IMG/VR virus record: IMGVR_UViG_3300009031_000221
Span: 96,001 to 160,000 of that record
Length of the DNA stretch: 64,000 bases
Source of the DNA: a virus
Lineage: Duplodnaviria; Caudoviricetes
Direction: 5' to 3' (one strand)
Numbering within the stretch: position 1 is the first letter of the stretch; each line of letters opens with the position of its first letter. Under the pieces are notes generated by a model. It did no database searches and had not been told where the DNA came from. It saw only the letters and a list, made by a program, of their open reading frames with translations. This document shows positions 37,135 to 46,302 of the stretch, one piece after another. A program made the position numbers and the translations under genes.

Positions 37135-37311
37135 AAGATCCTCGTAGACGACTGGCCTCCGTATGTTACACGATGGTTGGAATGGCGTCCCCGTGGATTG
37201 GTCATCATGCCTGACCGCCCGTGGAATCAGGGATTCAATCACCCCAACGTATTCCGCTACACAGGCACGGAAGAAAATCACGCCGATATGCTGCTAAGGT
37301 TGCCGAATTAA
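37135..37311 (+). pseudogene. Displaced 3' fragment of the nucleotidase gene
   Basis: No start codon. Translates to KILVDDWPPYVTRWLEWRPRGLVIMPDRPWNQGFNHPNVFRY..., a paralog of the C-terminus of 35787-36368. Confidence 0.8.
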
Positions 37312-38318
37312 CCCGCCAACTGAACTAATGCAATGGTACCGTTGCCCCCATCACCGCCGTTATTCCCGGGCACAATACTAGTACCTGCACCCCCAAGACC
37401 GTGGGCGCCCCCAACAGCTGCCGATGCCCCCAACCATCCAGAAGAGTCATCAGTCACAACAATGACATATCCAGCGCCGCCGCCGCCGCCACCGCCGCCA
37501 CCATCACCGCCGCCAATACCTTCCCCACCGTTGCCGCCTGCGCCACCATAAGAAGTAATTTCCCCATCTCCGGCGATCCTTCGGGCGCATATAATGACAG
37601 GGCCCCCGCTACTACCGGAACCACCACCACCACCACCGGTACCAGCATTGTCAGCGCCCCCACCGCCGCCTGATCCACCAGCACCCCCATATACCAAAGT
37701 ACCGTCTAATTTCCTACCCGTATTCAGAATAGGAAATCCAACCCACAAACCTGGAATCCCTAAGAACCCTTCTGCGGCAGTTAGAGAAGTTACTGAAGAT
37801 GCCCCTATATCAGGAACAAGATTAGATCCGCCGCCAAGCCCTCCGAAATTCCCCAGGCTTGCAGTAGCCGCCGTGCCTATATCCCCTACCCCCACATTAT
37901 GATCCTTCCCATCTTTACCAACAGCGCCCCCTGCCAAAGTTCCTGCCGGAGGTGCGGCGCCTCCAATACCTGCAACACCCGCAACCGCATTTGCCCCTGC
38001 GATTCCGTCATTGTTAATGGAGCCATAATTCGTAAGCGTGCCTGTAGCAAACAACCGGAATCCAGCCATATTCAATATGGCTCCTAATTCAACAACCCCA
38101 TTGATCAAATGGATATCCCTAGTAGCGACCCATTTGACTCCGTCCCAAACAGCACCACAATTTGGTGTGTTTGCCCCCAATGCATCAAACATATTCCAAG
38201 CATCTGTGTGGTTTCCATCCCCTCCAGTCCCATAAAGAGACATCCAGGATCCCATGCCTAGCTTATCATTCGTAATTGCAGCGTTTGCAATCTGGGTAGC
38301 CTTGATTTCACCAGACAT
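37308..38318 (-). CDS. Glycine-rich virion fibre/appendage protein
   Basis: Extensive G-rich runs (GGGGGSG, GGAGGNGG) of the type seen in phage fibre proteins. Confidence 0.7.
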   Translation of the reverse strand: MSGEIKATQIANAAITNDKLGMGSWMSLYGTGGDGNHTDAWNMFDALGANTPNCGAVWDGVKWVATRDIHLINGVVELGAILNMAGFRLFATGTLTNYGSINNDGIAGANAVAGVAGIGGAAPPAGTLAGGAVGKDGKDHNVGVGDIGTAATASLGNFGGLGGGSNLVPDIGASSVTSLTAAEGFLGIPGLWVGFPILNTGRKLDGTLVYGGAGGSGGGGGADNAGTGGGGGGSGSSGGPVIICARRIAGDGEITSYGGAGGNGGEGIGGGDGGGGGGGGGAGYVIVVTDDSSGWLGASAAVGGAHGLGGAGTSIVPGNNGGDGGNGTIALVQLAG

Positions 38319-38320
38319 AT

Positions 38321-39358
38321 TTACGCCTCCATCTGGAACAATATGTAATCACCATTAGCTACTACAGCACCTGGATCGGTAAGCACGAGAGAATAGAACC
38401 CCGTGTCAATTTGCACTGCGGTCACACCCAACGTAGCAACACTCTTGAATACCCCGGATGATAAAAGCTGAACCCCATAGAACGTGGGGTTGACAATTGA
38501 CGGAAAACTCGCCACAACGACTTTCCCTGCCGCCGCTAACATCGTTATGTCATTGACTGTTACCAAGTAAGCTCCGGCAGACCTTTGCTTGACTGCGGGT
38601 AACGCTGACAACTGAGTATTCGCGGCAGATACAATAACATTGCCGCCACCAGTTACAGCGGAAGTTACGGGGTTTCCCCCTACAACAACCTTCAGCACGG
38701 CACCCATGCAGGCACCGCCCAGATCATGAACGTTGAATCCCCCAAGGGCATCCGCATTAATGGTAGCTACAGCGGCTGTAATCGAAGCTGCGGCTGTCCA
38801 GGGGGCTGGAGGTGCGCCTGACATGTCAATGTCAGTAGCAGTAAACGGCCCCACAGCCCTAAACGTATACGTGCGAGTACCCAAAGTTAGGGCATCCCCA
38901 TCTATAATGTCATTGGCCCCAAAGTAAAATGTTACAACACCCGGAATGCCGTTGGTCTTGTAAATCTTGGAAACCAACGCAGTATCTGGAATGGAACCCG
39001 CCGCCACAGAACCGTCATGCCAGAAAATACCGTTGTGAGTAGTGATACCACTCACAACAAAACCCCCTACCCCCACAACATCATCAGGCAATACCGCGAT
39101 CGTCGCCACCGGACCCGCTGAATTGTAGGATAATGCAGGCAAAGTCAAAACCCGAGGATCCGCACTACGGATTAGGATAGTGATTTCCTGGTCGACTTGA
39201 TTGACAGGACGTACCACTGTCAATATGCCATCTCCAGTCATATCCGCCACGAACCGCTGTGCGTGGGATAGATCAATGGTGAAGTCTGTAACACTTCCCA
39301 AATAAATAGTCTTGGACTCCTCAAAGGGAGTTTGAGTTACCAGCGTTGTTTCAGGCAT
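38321..39358 (-). CDS. Virion structural protein (fibre-associated)
   Basis: Beta-rich V/T/G composition; operon with the Gly-rich gene. Confidence 0.6.
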   Translation of the reverse strand: MPETTLVTQTPFEESKTIYLGSVTDFTIDLSHAQRFVADMTGDGILTVVRPVNQVDQEITILIRSADPRVLTLPALSYNSAGPVATIAVLPDDVVGVGGFVVSGITTHNGIFWHDGSVAAGSIPDTALVSKIYKTNGIPGVVTFYFGANDIIDGDALTLGTRTYTFRAVGPFTATDIDMSGAPPAPWTAAASITAAVATINADALGGFNVHDLGGACMGAVLKVVVGGNPVTSAVTGGGNVIVSAANTQLSALPAVKQRSAGAYLVTVNDITMLAAAGKVVVASFPSIVNPTFYGVQLLSSGVFKSVATLGVTAVQIDTGFYSLVLTDPGAVVANGDYILFQMEA

Positions 39359-39391
39359 TGAGGCCCCCTAACCGTTGAATCGTGTTGACAA

Positions 39392-40054
39392 TCACAGTAC
39401 TATTCCCGTATCGCTGTATACGACCAGGGCGGCACCTGTAATATCGAGATACTCGAATGTTGCGCTCTTGAAGACGGACAACTTGCCCTCTTCATTTGAT
39501 GCTTCAAACGCCATGCCGTTATACGTCCTACGTACACGTAGAGGGGTCACAAAGGCGCCCAGAGCGGCGGTCTTAATACCACCCGCCTCCATGTCCGATC
39601 CTACAGGCAATCGATACCGTTCCCCTGTTAGAATGGCCAGGAGGTCTTGTACCACTCCTGTAGAACCGCCAGTTGCGAATCCCGTGCCTGCTACGACCGC
39701 TGATAGATATGTGTCCAAGGCGAACTCAGTCATCGGATCGCCCGCCGTCAAATGTGCAGCAATGGATAGGGCTGCAGCATTTGCATTTGCATCCGACAAT
39801 GCACCTGTCCCTAATGCCAACCCACCACTAACGATGTGATCCAATAGGTATGCAGCAATGCCATAATAGTCCGAAGTGATCGTAACGCGACCGCCATTCG
39901 TGACTACTGTGTCATTGGCAGGGTGAAACGATACGTACTTGGTTTGACCAGGAGGATCAACAGCAGCATTCCGAAGTGACGTGTTTGGCCACAAGTCCAG
40001 AATCTGAAGCACACCCTCAGGAATATCAGTACGACGAAAGCAAATGTATGGCAT
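39392..40054 (-). CDS. Virion structural protein, paralog family A
   Basis: MPYICFRRTDIPEGVLQILDLWPNTS...PGQTKY ... VYSDTG. Confidence 0.7.
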   Translation of the reverse strand: MPYICFRRTDIPEGVLQILDLWPNTSLRNAAVDPPGQTKYVSFHPANDTVVTNGGRVTITSDYYGIAAYLLDHIVSGGLALGTGALSDANANAAALSIAAHLTAGDPMTEFALDTYLSAVVAGTGFATGGSTGVVQDLLAILTGERYRLPVGSDMEAGGIKTAALGAFVTPLRVRRTYNGMAFEASNEEGKLSVFKSATFEYLDITGAALVVYSDTGIVL

Positions 40055-40103
40055 GGGGAGCCCCTTCAAACGAAGCCTCAGCCTCGTGCTATTAGGAGTT
40101 CCG

Positions 40104-40118
40104 TATAAGGAAGCTAAC
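40104..40118 (-). promoter_or_regulatory. Putative late promoter GTTAG-cttc-CTTATA
   Basis: Recurring motif; upstream of 40054. Confidence 0.55.
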
Positions 40119-41061
40119 GAGCCTCTACAATTGACGGGCGCCCCACCTTCCGTTCATGCTTGATATCCAATTTGACCATCCACCGATCTATCGTAGCTTG
40201 TCCGACACCCAATCGTTCAGCCATTGTACGGATAGGCATGTTATCCGCCGCCATTTTCGCCAATACCTCAGGCGTTACTTTCTGCCGAATATCATAATGA
40301 GGCCCTTGGAACCCAAAAGGCCCAAGCTTGTATGCCATGCACTCGGGGACATGCGGCTTGATCAATTCGATGAATCTATCCGCCGTGTCCTCCCGTTCCA
40401 TATGAAACTGTCCAGTGTTCCTGACCTTCAATTGCCAACGAGGTTTCAAACCGAACTTCTCAAATATCGACCACGCTACTTCCCTACTAGCATCATCAGC
40501 CCCAAATGTAATCCCAGGCCACCACCCGGCATAACCGTCATCCAAATACCATATAGCCAATGCGAACTCGTCAACCTTGTCCACAATCTGGGGAACCAAC
40601 CGTTTCCAACCCTTGTGTTGGTCGACATAGAACATTTCTTGCCATTCATTTAGGGAATCATGAGCACAAGTGAACATGCCCACTTGAGTGAATCCGCGTT
40701 GATCTGGGACATCCACCACGGGATTCGCCCAAGGCCCCCACAAGGCAGCCTTCCATTCCAGATAGGGGCGTTGTGCCCCGCAATGTCTTTCTGAGTAATG
40801 AGTGGCATTGACTCGACGTACTAGCCTGCCGTCCCCTAACATAGAACCGACCAATAATGATTGGAGCCGCCCTTCTATCGGAGTGACCTCATTCCTTGCC
40901 CATCGGGGCAATGTTTCAATGCCATAACGCTTCCGCCATGACATCACCCGTTTGGGTGACCCCTCTAATACACGGGATGCGATTTCGGCATCCGTCAATT
41001 TGAGGTCGTGTACCAAGTGCCGAAGTTCAATTGCTGTCATGGGACATGGAATCGTTTTCAT
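40114..41061 (-). CDS. Free-standing LAGLIDADG-type endonuclease with flanking HTH domains
   Basis: LLVGSMLGDGRL and LAIWYLDDG motifs of LAGLIDADG_2-type proteins. Confidence 0.85.
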   Translation of the reverse strand: MKTIPCPMTAIELRHLVHDLKLTDAEIASRVLEGSPKRVMSWRKRYGIETLPRWARNEVTPIEGRLQSLLVGSMLGDGRLVRRVNATHYSERHCGAQRPYLEWKAALWGPWANPVVDVPDQRGFTQVGMFTCAHDSLNEWQEMFYVDQHKGWKRLVPQIVDKVDEFALAIWYLDDGYAGWWPGITFGADDASREVAWSIFEKFGLKPRWQLKVRNTGQFHMEREDTADRFIELIKPHVPECMAYKLGPFGFQGPHYDIRQKVTPEVLAKMAADNMPIRTMAERLGVGQATIDRWMVKLDIKHERKVGRPSIVEAR

Positions 41062-41110
41062 AGGAATCAGTGTATTCGATAATTCCCCGAAATGCAAGCA
41101 TCCAAAACGC

Positions 41111-41144
41111 CAAAGGCCCCGGAAGTTTCCTTCCGGGGCCTTTG
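41111..41144 (-). terminator. Intrinsic terminator after the capsid gene
   Basis: 15-bp stem with a GAAA loop on the minus strand, followed by gcgttttg. Confidence 0.85.
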
Positions 41145-41186
41145 GGATTATTGCTCAGTTTGTTGAAAACTCAGCGATTACTCGGA

Positions 41187-42062
41187 TTAGCGAGTGATCG
41201 TCAGACGTGCCAAACCACGAGGGTTGAACGCGCCAATACCCAAATTTTCGAATACTGAGAAGCCAATGGTACGTGCCTTGGGATCGTCAGCCGAAAGAAC
41301 CGTCAACTCAGTACGTACCGGAATACGTCCAAAGTGCTCAGGCTCGCAGCAAACGTACACCGTGCCAACAGGAACCAAACGGCTCGTGATGACAGATGCG
41401 CCCCACAGGGTGGCCATCAAGCCCGTCTTCAGCAAGGTTGCCTGAGACTCGATATCCAAGATATCGCGTCCAAACTTCCTCAAGTCCGCATAATCGCGGG
41501 CGTTCATGTAAATACGTGCTACACGCAAGTCATGACGCTCGATCAATGCGAATGCATCAGCGAGAACCGCACCCGAGATGGGGGCGACTACCGGGATGTC
41601 CGGGTTCAACTGCGCCGAGAGGGAGTCGAAGCCCGCCGTGGCGATAGAGTCCAGGATTGCGAACACACGCTCGTCTTCAGCTGCCTGAATCTGAGCACGG
41701 GCCAAGTCCTGGGCACGTTCGATCAAGTCGAACCTACGTTCCTTGATTTGCGTCAAAGGAATTTCGGGATTCGATGCGATCTCGAACAACGGAAAAATGA
41801 CACGCCTTGGCTTCGTGATAGCCAAGATGTTCTGACCTTCTTCACCGACCACGTACGCCGTAACGTCCGGGTCTTTATCGTAAATCGGGAGAGCGCCGTC
41901 AGGAAGCTGCTCTACCAAAAAGGTTTTCCGCCCAACAGCGGCATAATCGCGACGGGTACGCAGGGGCTGCGTCATGCTGGCTGCCAGCTTGACACGACCT
42001 GCAGGCGTCTTGATGTATTCGCCGATGATCTTCTGCTTGATTGCGTTGTTTACAGTACTCAT
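41187..42062 (-). CDS. Major capsid protein (HK97-fold)
   Basis: Last gene of the protease-scaffold-decoration-MCP block, with a strong terminator; IPLFEI...AQIQAAEDERVF...RIYMNARDYADLRK...LWGASVITS pattern. Confidence 0.88.
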   Translation of the reverse strand: MSTVNNAIKQKIIGEYIKTPAGRVKLAASMTQPLRTRRDYAAVGRKTFLVEQLPDGALPIYDKDPDVTAYVVGEEGQNILAITKPRRVIFPLFEIASNPEIPLTQIKERRFDLIERAQDLARAQIQAAEDERVFAILDSIATAGFDSLSAQLNPDIPVVAPISGAVLADAFALIERHDLRVARIYMNARDYADLRKFGRDILDIESQATLLKTGLMATLWGASVITSRLVPVGTVYVCCEPEHFGRIPVRTELTVLSADDPKARTIGFSVFENLGIGAFNPRGLARLTITR

Positions 42063-42073
42063 GATGCTCCTCC

Positions 42074-42778
42074 TTAGATCCGCTGGTCGTAGACCAACTC
42101 GGTCTGGACTGCGTCAGGCGACATCTTGAGGACGCCGATGAGGGTTGAAGTTCCGGCGCCACCACCGCCAACGCCATTGCTGACGTAAGCTTCAGCCGAA
42201 ACCGAAATGACATCCTGTGTCACCATATCGGCATCAGCAGTGTTGTGGACCCACATGGGCGTCAAGTAGCCGTTCAGGGATGCGATGAGCCGGGCTCCCG
42301 CATAGTACCGAATGGCAGTTCCCTGTACCGGGTTACCGACCGTGCCGATGATCTGCGTCTCATACAATGCGTTCCCGTAGGTACCCATGGCAGAAACGTA
42401 GGGGCCAACGCCTGAAGCAACACCGGGGGTGTTCTCGAATGCGTTACCAACAGCGCTATTGATGAAACATCCAAGGGCCTTGAAACCAGCCTTCTCTTCA
42501 AATGACATCAGGGCGAGTTCGGTAGCGGTCACGGGACCACCAACGTAGTTCTCGCCATCACGAGCGCGGGAAAATGCAACAGACCCGGACAGAACGCCCG
42601 ACTTGGTCTGATTGACGCGAGTTGAAATTGTACCTACCGTCGTAATGACCGGCGGGTTGCTCTGGGTAAACGAATCGTCCGTGAGCACGCCGATGCTGTT
42701 GCGGATACCCACATTCAGCAAACGCAATGCGCTTGAGCTCTCCGTCCAACCGCCCGATGCCTGTCCAAGCAGTGGCAT
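42074..42778 (-). CDS. Capsid decoration/cement protein
   Basis: Immediately upstream of MCP; Y..G.RL..S.NG.LT beta-tulip-like motif. Confidence 0.65.
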   Translation of the reverse strand: MPLLGQASGGWTESSSALRLLNVGIRNSIGVLTDDSFTQSNPPVITTVGTISTRVNQTKSGVLSGSVAFSRARDGENYVGGPVTATELALMSFEEKAGFKALGCFINSAVGNAFENTPGVASGVGPYVSAMGTYGNALYETQIIGTVGNPVQGTAIRYYAGARLIASLNGYLTPMWVHNTADADMVTQDVISVSAEAYVSNGVGGGGAGTSTLIGVLKMSPDAVQTELVYDQRI

Positions 42779-42905
42779 TTGATGCCTCCTATTGGCTGCT
42801 CCCTGTTTACAGGGGGCGGAGGATGTCCTCCGATTAAGCCCCCGCTGTCACCATGACTTTGGGGTTGTCTGGGGTTTTCACCCCGTTCAGTACTAATAGG
42901 GGTCT

Positions 42906-42920
42906 CATAAGCAAACAACC
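42906..42920 (-). promoter_or_regulatory. Putative late promoter GGTTG-tttg-CTTATG for the decoration-MCP operon
   Basis: Recurring motif, just after the scaffold terminators. Confidence 0.5.
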
Positions 42921-42942
42921 GAAACAAAATGCCCAAAAACGA

Positions 42943-42974
42943 ACGACCCGGATAAGTTTCCTTATCCGGGTCGT
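42943..42974 (-). terminator. Terminator hairpin (14-bp stem, GAAA loop)
   Basis: acgacccggataag-tttc-cttatccgggtcgt, followed by a U-rich tract on the minus strand. Confidence 0.8.
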
Positions 42975-42988
42975 CGTTTAGGTTCACA

Positions 42989-43018
42989 CCTATTTAGGGG
43001 AGTTTACCCCTAAATAGG
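42989..43018. terminator. Second hairpin directly after the scaffold stop
   Basis: cctatttagggg-agttta-cccctaaatagg. Confidence 0.55.
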
Positions 43019-43021
43019 GCC

Positions 43022-44776
43022 TTAGCCGTTGAAAACCTTGGAGACATCAGGTGCCGATTCCCACAAACGGGAGAGTTCGTCAACTTCACCGCCAGCCGAA
43101 GCCGTACGGGTCAATCCACCCACAGTGCGAACGCCGGTCGAAGCCTTGCGGGGCTGCGGACGCTGCGATGCAAGGCGCATGGCCTTCTTTGCAGCAGGGG
43201 AAGCATCCTCGTCTTCGCCTTCATCCTCATCCTCAGACTTCTTGGCCTTCTTGGATGCAACAGGAGCTTCCTCCTCTTCATCCTCATCCTCAGCCTCATC
43301 TTCCTCGGCGCCATCATCCTCATCCTCGTCCTCAGACTTCTTGGCCTTCTTGGATGCAACAGGAGCTTCCTCCTCTTCATCCTCATCCTCAGCCTTAGCG
43401 GACTTGCCGCCGAAGATCGATGCCAACAGCGCTTCGTCATCGTCGCCGAGAACGTCATCGCTACCGTCCGCGAGGCCCATCGGGTCTCCCGTCATGCCGA
43501 ACATACCGGCATCATCACCGCAAGCCTTCTTGCCTGCAGTAGGAGCATCCTCCTCATCTTCTTCATCCTCGGCCTCTGCCTTCTTCGCCTTCTTTCCGCC
43601 CTTCTTAGCTGCAACGGGAGCTTCCTCCTCATCTTCTTCAGCCTCAGCCTTCTTGGACGCAACAGGAGCTTCCTCTTCAGGTTCCGCCTTCTTGGCCTTG
43701 AGTGCCTTGAGCTTGGCAGCCTTCATGAAGGTAGCTTCCATCTCGGAAAGCATTGCAGCCTCAGCGGGATCAAGTCCAGCTACGGTTGTAACAGCCGCTA
43801 CGACAGGCTCAGGGGACAACGCATCAATAACTTCTTCCGAAGCCAGGATACCATCACGGTCAGTATCCAGGGCAGCGAACAGATCCTGCGATCCAACCCA
43901 CTCCGCCTGCATTACAAATCCGTCATTGTCCGTATCCATCGAAGCGAAGAACTTGCGTGCAGCCTTGCGAGCGGCAGCTTCCTTCTTTTCCTCGGGCTTG
44001 TCTTCGGGCTTGACTTCGGGTTCATCCTCGCCTTCGGCCTTCTTGGCTTCCTTGCGGGCTGCATCCTCATCCTTGGCCTTGGGGGCCAACGTCGGACCCT
44101 TGGGGTCATTCTGGTCAGCCTTCTTGAGGCTTTGTACCTTCTCGGTCAAAGCCGAAAGGGCACCCAGAACCTCGTCCATTTCAGACTTCTTTCCAGCATC
44201 AGGGGCTTCCTCAGCCAACATCATGTCCAGATCGTCATCATCCATATCGCCAAAGTCATTGGCAGGACCACCGAAATCATCAAAGTCGGGTTCGCCAAAA
44301 TCAGCCTGAGGAGCCATTTCCTCAGCCAAGAATCCTCCACCGATACGCTCCAATGTTGCATTGATGCGGGAATCCGACCAATCCATCATATCGAGCGCTT
44401 GATTTTCAACTGTATCGGATGAAGCCTTCTTGCCAAGCATGGCGCGAGCAATGCGAATGCACTTCTGTGCCTTGCGCTCCACGGCTGCACGCAAACTACG
44501 TGCTTCCTTGGGGACGCGGGGCTGCTCCTTGTGGGCAGGGTGATCCTGATCTTCCGTATCGTAGCCAGGAATGGCCGGGGGGTTACCCTGGGCATACGGG
44601 GGCTTCCGAACGTCCTCAGCCCATGCTGAAGGATCGCCTTTCTTGTAGGCCTCATAGGCAGGATCTGCCTGATGGGCGGGGTGGTCTTGATCCTCAGTAC
44701 CGTAACCGGGGATCTGGGGGGCGGCAGACGCCGAACGTCCTGCCGCCCACGTCATGCGATTCCTATTGGTGCTCAT
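43022..44776 (-). CDS. Capsid scaffolding protein (acidic, low-complexity, EF-hand pair)
   Basis: Between protease and decoration/MCP; very rich in E/D/K/A; TGATG coupling to the protease stop. Confidence 0.75.
   Translation of the reverse strand: MSTNRNRMTWAAGRSASAAPQIPGYGTEDQDHPAHQADPAYEAYKKGDPSAWAEDVRKPPYAQGNPPAIPGYDTEDQDHPAHKEQPRVPKEARSLRAAVERKAQKCIRIARAMLGKKASSDTVENQALDMMDWSDSRINATLERIGGGFLAEEMAPQADFGEPDFDDFGGPANDFGDMDDDDLDMMLAEEAPDAGKKSEMDEVLGALSALTEKVQSLKKADQNDPKGPTLAPKAKDEDAARKEAKKAEGEDEPEVKPEDKPEEKKEAAARKAARKFFASMDTDNDGFVMQAEWVGSQDLFAALDTDRDGILASEEVIDALSPEPVVAAVTTVAGLDPAEAAMLSEMEATFMKAAKLKALKAKKAEPEEEAPVASKKAEAEEDEEEAPVAAKKGGKKAKKAEAEDEEDEEDAPTAGKKACGDDAGMFGMTGDPMGLADGSDDVLGDDDEALLASIFGGKSAKAEDEDEEEEAPVASKKAKKSEDEDEDDGAEEDEAEDEDEEEEAPVASKKAKKSEDEDEGEDEDASPAAKKAMRLASQRPQPRKASTGVRTVGGLTRTASAGGEVDELSRLWESAPDVSKVFNG
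43231..43394. repeat. Perfect 65-bp direct repeat (43231-43295, 43330-43394) in the scaffold gene
   Basis: Encodes a duplicated AEDEDEEEEAPVASKKAKKSE unit. Confidence 0.85.
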
Positions 44777-46299
44777 CACTTTTCTCCTCGCTGTGGCGAC
44801 TGCCTGGTATTTCCAGCCTTTCCCGAAGTACATCCCCGTGAAAGAAGTTTGCCAAGACGAATTAACGTCTTAGCCTCATCCATGTTGGGTTCGCGTCCCA
44901 TTGCCAGGCGGCAGGCATGAATGAAGGAATTAGCAGAACCATACCTATTGGAACCACCGACCTGCAGTGCAGTGCGATAAATTCCAACGGGGACAGTAAT
45001 GCCGATTTGCTGATTGAACACCGCCACGCGGTTGATCAGGTCAGCGTCAGATGATGCAGTACGGACAATATCGTCCAATCCTGCCTGATATGCTTTGCGT
45101 GCCATTGAGGCTTGCTTATTGAGCGTCTCGTTGGTGCTGCTATTTCCAGGGGCTGGCGGGGCCAAATCCTTCTGGAGACGATCCTGCACTCGAGTAATAA
45201 GATGGTTGTAAACCGCGTCCTCTACATCCTTGAATGGAGTGGGCGGCGCTACAGGTGCTGCCGGGGCTACTGGAGCCGGGGCCTCAGGGGCTCCGTCCTC
45301 ATCTTCCCATCCAGCAAAGAAATCATCGGATGCATCCACATTGATTCTGCCCGTACGTGCCGGGGGTCCAACACGGGATACTATCACCGCATCAACAGGG
45401 GTAGATGCCGCCTTGAGGCGATCATCCTTCGTCCACTGAGGAGGAGGAGTTGACAAAACCTTCTTAGCCTTCTTCGCAGTCTCAGGGCTAAACTCTAGAA
45501 CGTTCCGAAGCACTGCCCCAGTAAATGCAGGCGTGCCAACCCAGGATGCTTCAATAAACTGTACGCCGCCTGTTGGTCCTAATGACTCATGGCCACACAG
45601 TTCCGCAATACGATGCTTGTTGCCATTCTCGTCAAAGAACGTGTTACCCTTGGCATATTTGATGTGAGGGCACATCTCCGTTTCATCAGCAGCCCAATGT
45701 CCACACTTGGTGCAAATAGTCCCGTCAACAGTGCAGCCCATTGATAGGGTGCCCATTTTTCCGGACTCAATAGCCTTGACCAAATCTTCATGCTTGCGAT
45801 CCGTGGCAATCAGGATATCCACATAGATGGAATCCCCAATGTCACGTGCCACGGCATCAATGATTCTGCCCTTGGACAATTCTTCTACTTGGACGTGTTC
45901 AACGAAATTATGCCCGCCAACGAATGTTTGGTAGGAAGACATCAATACAGGGCGATTCCAACAATCCATGTTGTTATTGATGAATTGATCACTCGCAGGC
46001 TTAACACGGAAATCGCTAAACTTCCGATTAACCCGGAACCCATCCTCCATTACGGAGCCCGTTTTGATTCCCTGGGGTGAATAGGTATCTACCGACGCAA
46101 TAATTGTGGCATGCGTTAGGAGATAATTATTCGGATTGAATGTCTCACCGAAAAATTCAGATGCCCGATCTACAAGGGATCCGCTTAGATCCCCTTCAAC
46201 CTTGGCGTCTTTGCTTCCAGCTGTCCGGATGTTACTCCATTCAGTTTGGGAAACGTGTGGGCGAACTACCTGAGCACAGGCGTACTTCATGAATGCCAT
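44776..46299 (-). CDS. Prohead maturation protease
   Basis: NFVEHVQ...KGRIIDAV...LSMGC.V...CTKCGH...FIEASWVGTPAF, typical of large-phage prohead proteases; lies upstream of the scaffold. Confidence 0.82.
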   Translation of the reverse strand: MAFMKYACAQVVRPHVSQTEWSNIRTAGSKDAKVEGDLSGSLVDRASEFFGETFNPNNYLLTHATIIASVDTYSPQGIKTGSVMEDGFRVNRKFSDFRVKPASDQFINNNMDCWNRPVLMSSYQTFVGGHNFVEHVQVEELSKGRIIDAVARDIGDSIYVDILIATDRKHEDLVKAIESGKMGTLSMGCTVDGTICTKCGHWAADETEMCPHIKYAKGNTFFDENGNKHRIAELCGHESLGPTGGVQFIEASWVGTPAFTGAVLRNVLEFSPETAKKAKKVLSTPPPQWTKDDRLKAASTPVDAVIVSRVGPPARTGRINVDASDDFFAGWEDEDGAPEAPAPVAPAAPVAPPTPFKDVEDAVYNHLITRVQDRLQKDLAPPAPGNSSTNETLNKQASMARKAYQAGLDDIVRTASSDADLINRVAVFNQQIGITVPVGIYRTALQVGGSNRYGSANSFIHACRLAMGREPNMDEAKTLIRLGKLLSRGCTSGKAGNTRQSPQRGEK

Positions 46300-46302
46300 G
46301 AT

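Noticed and set aside
40114-42062. Group I intron or intein in the capsid gene carrying the LAGLIDADG ORF
   Set aside because: MCP is uninterrupted and followed by its own terminator. The endonuclease lies wholly downstream, and no second exon was seen.
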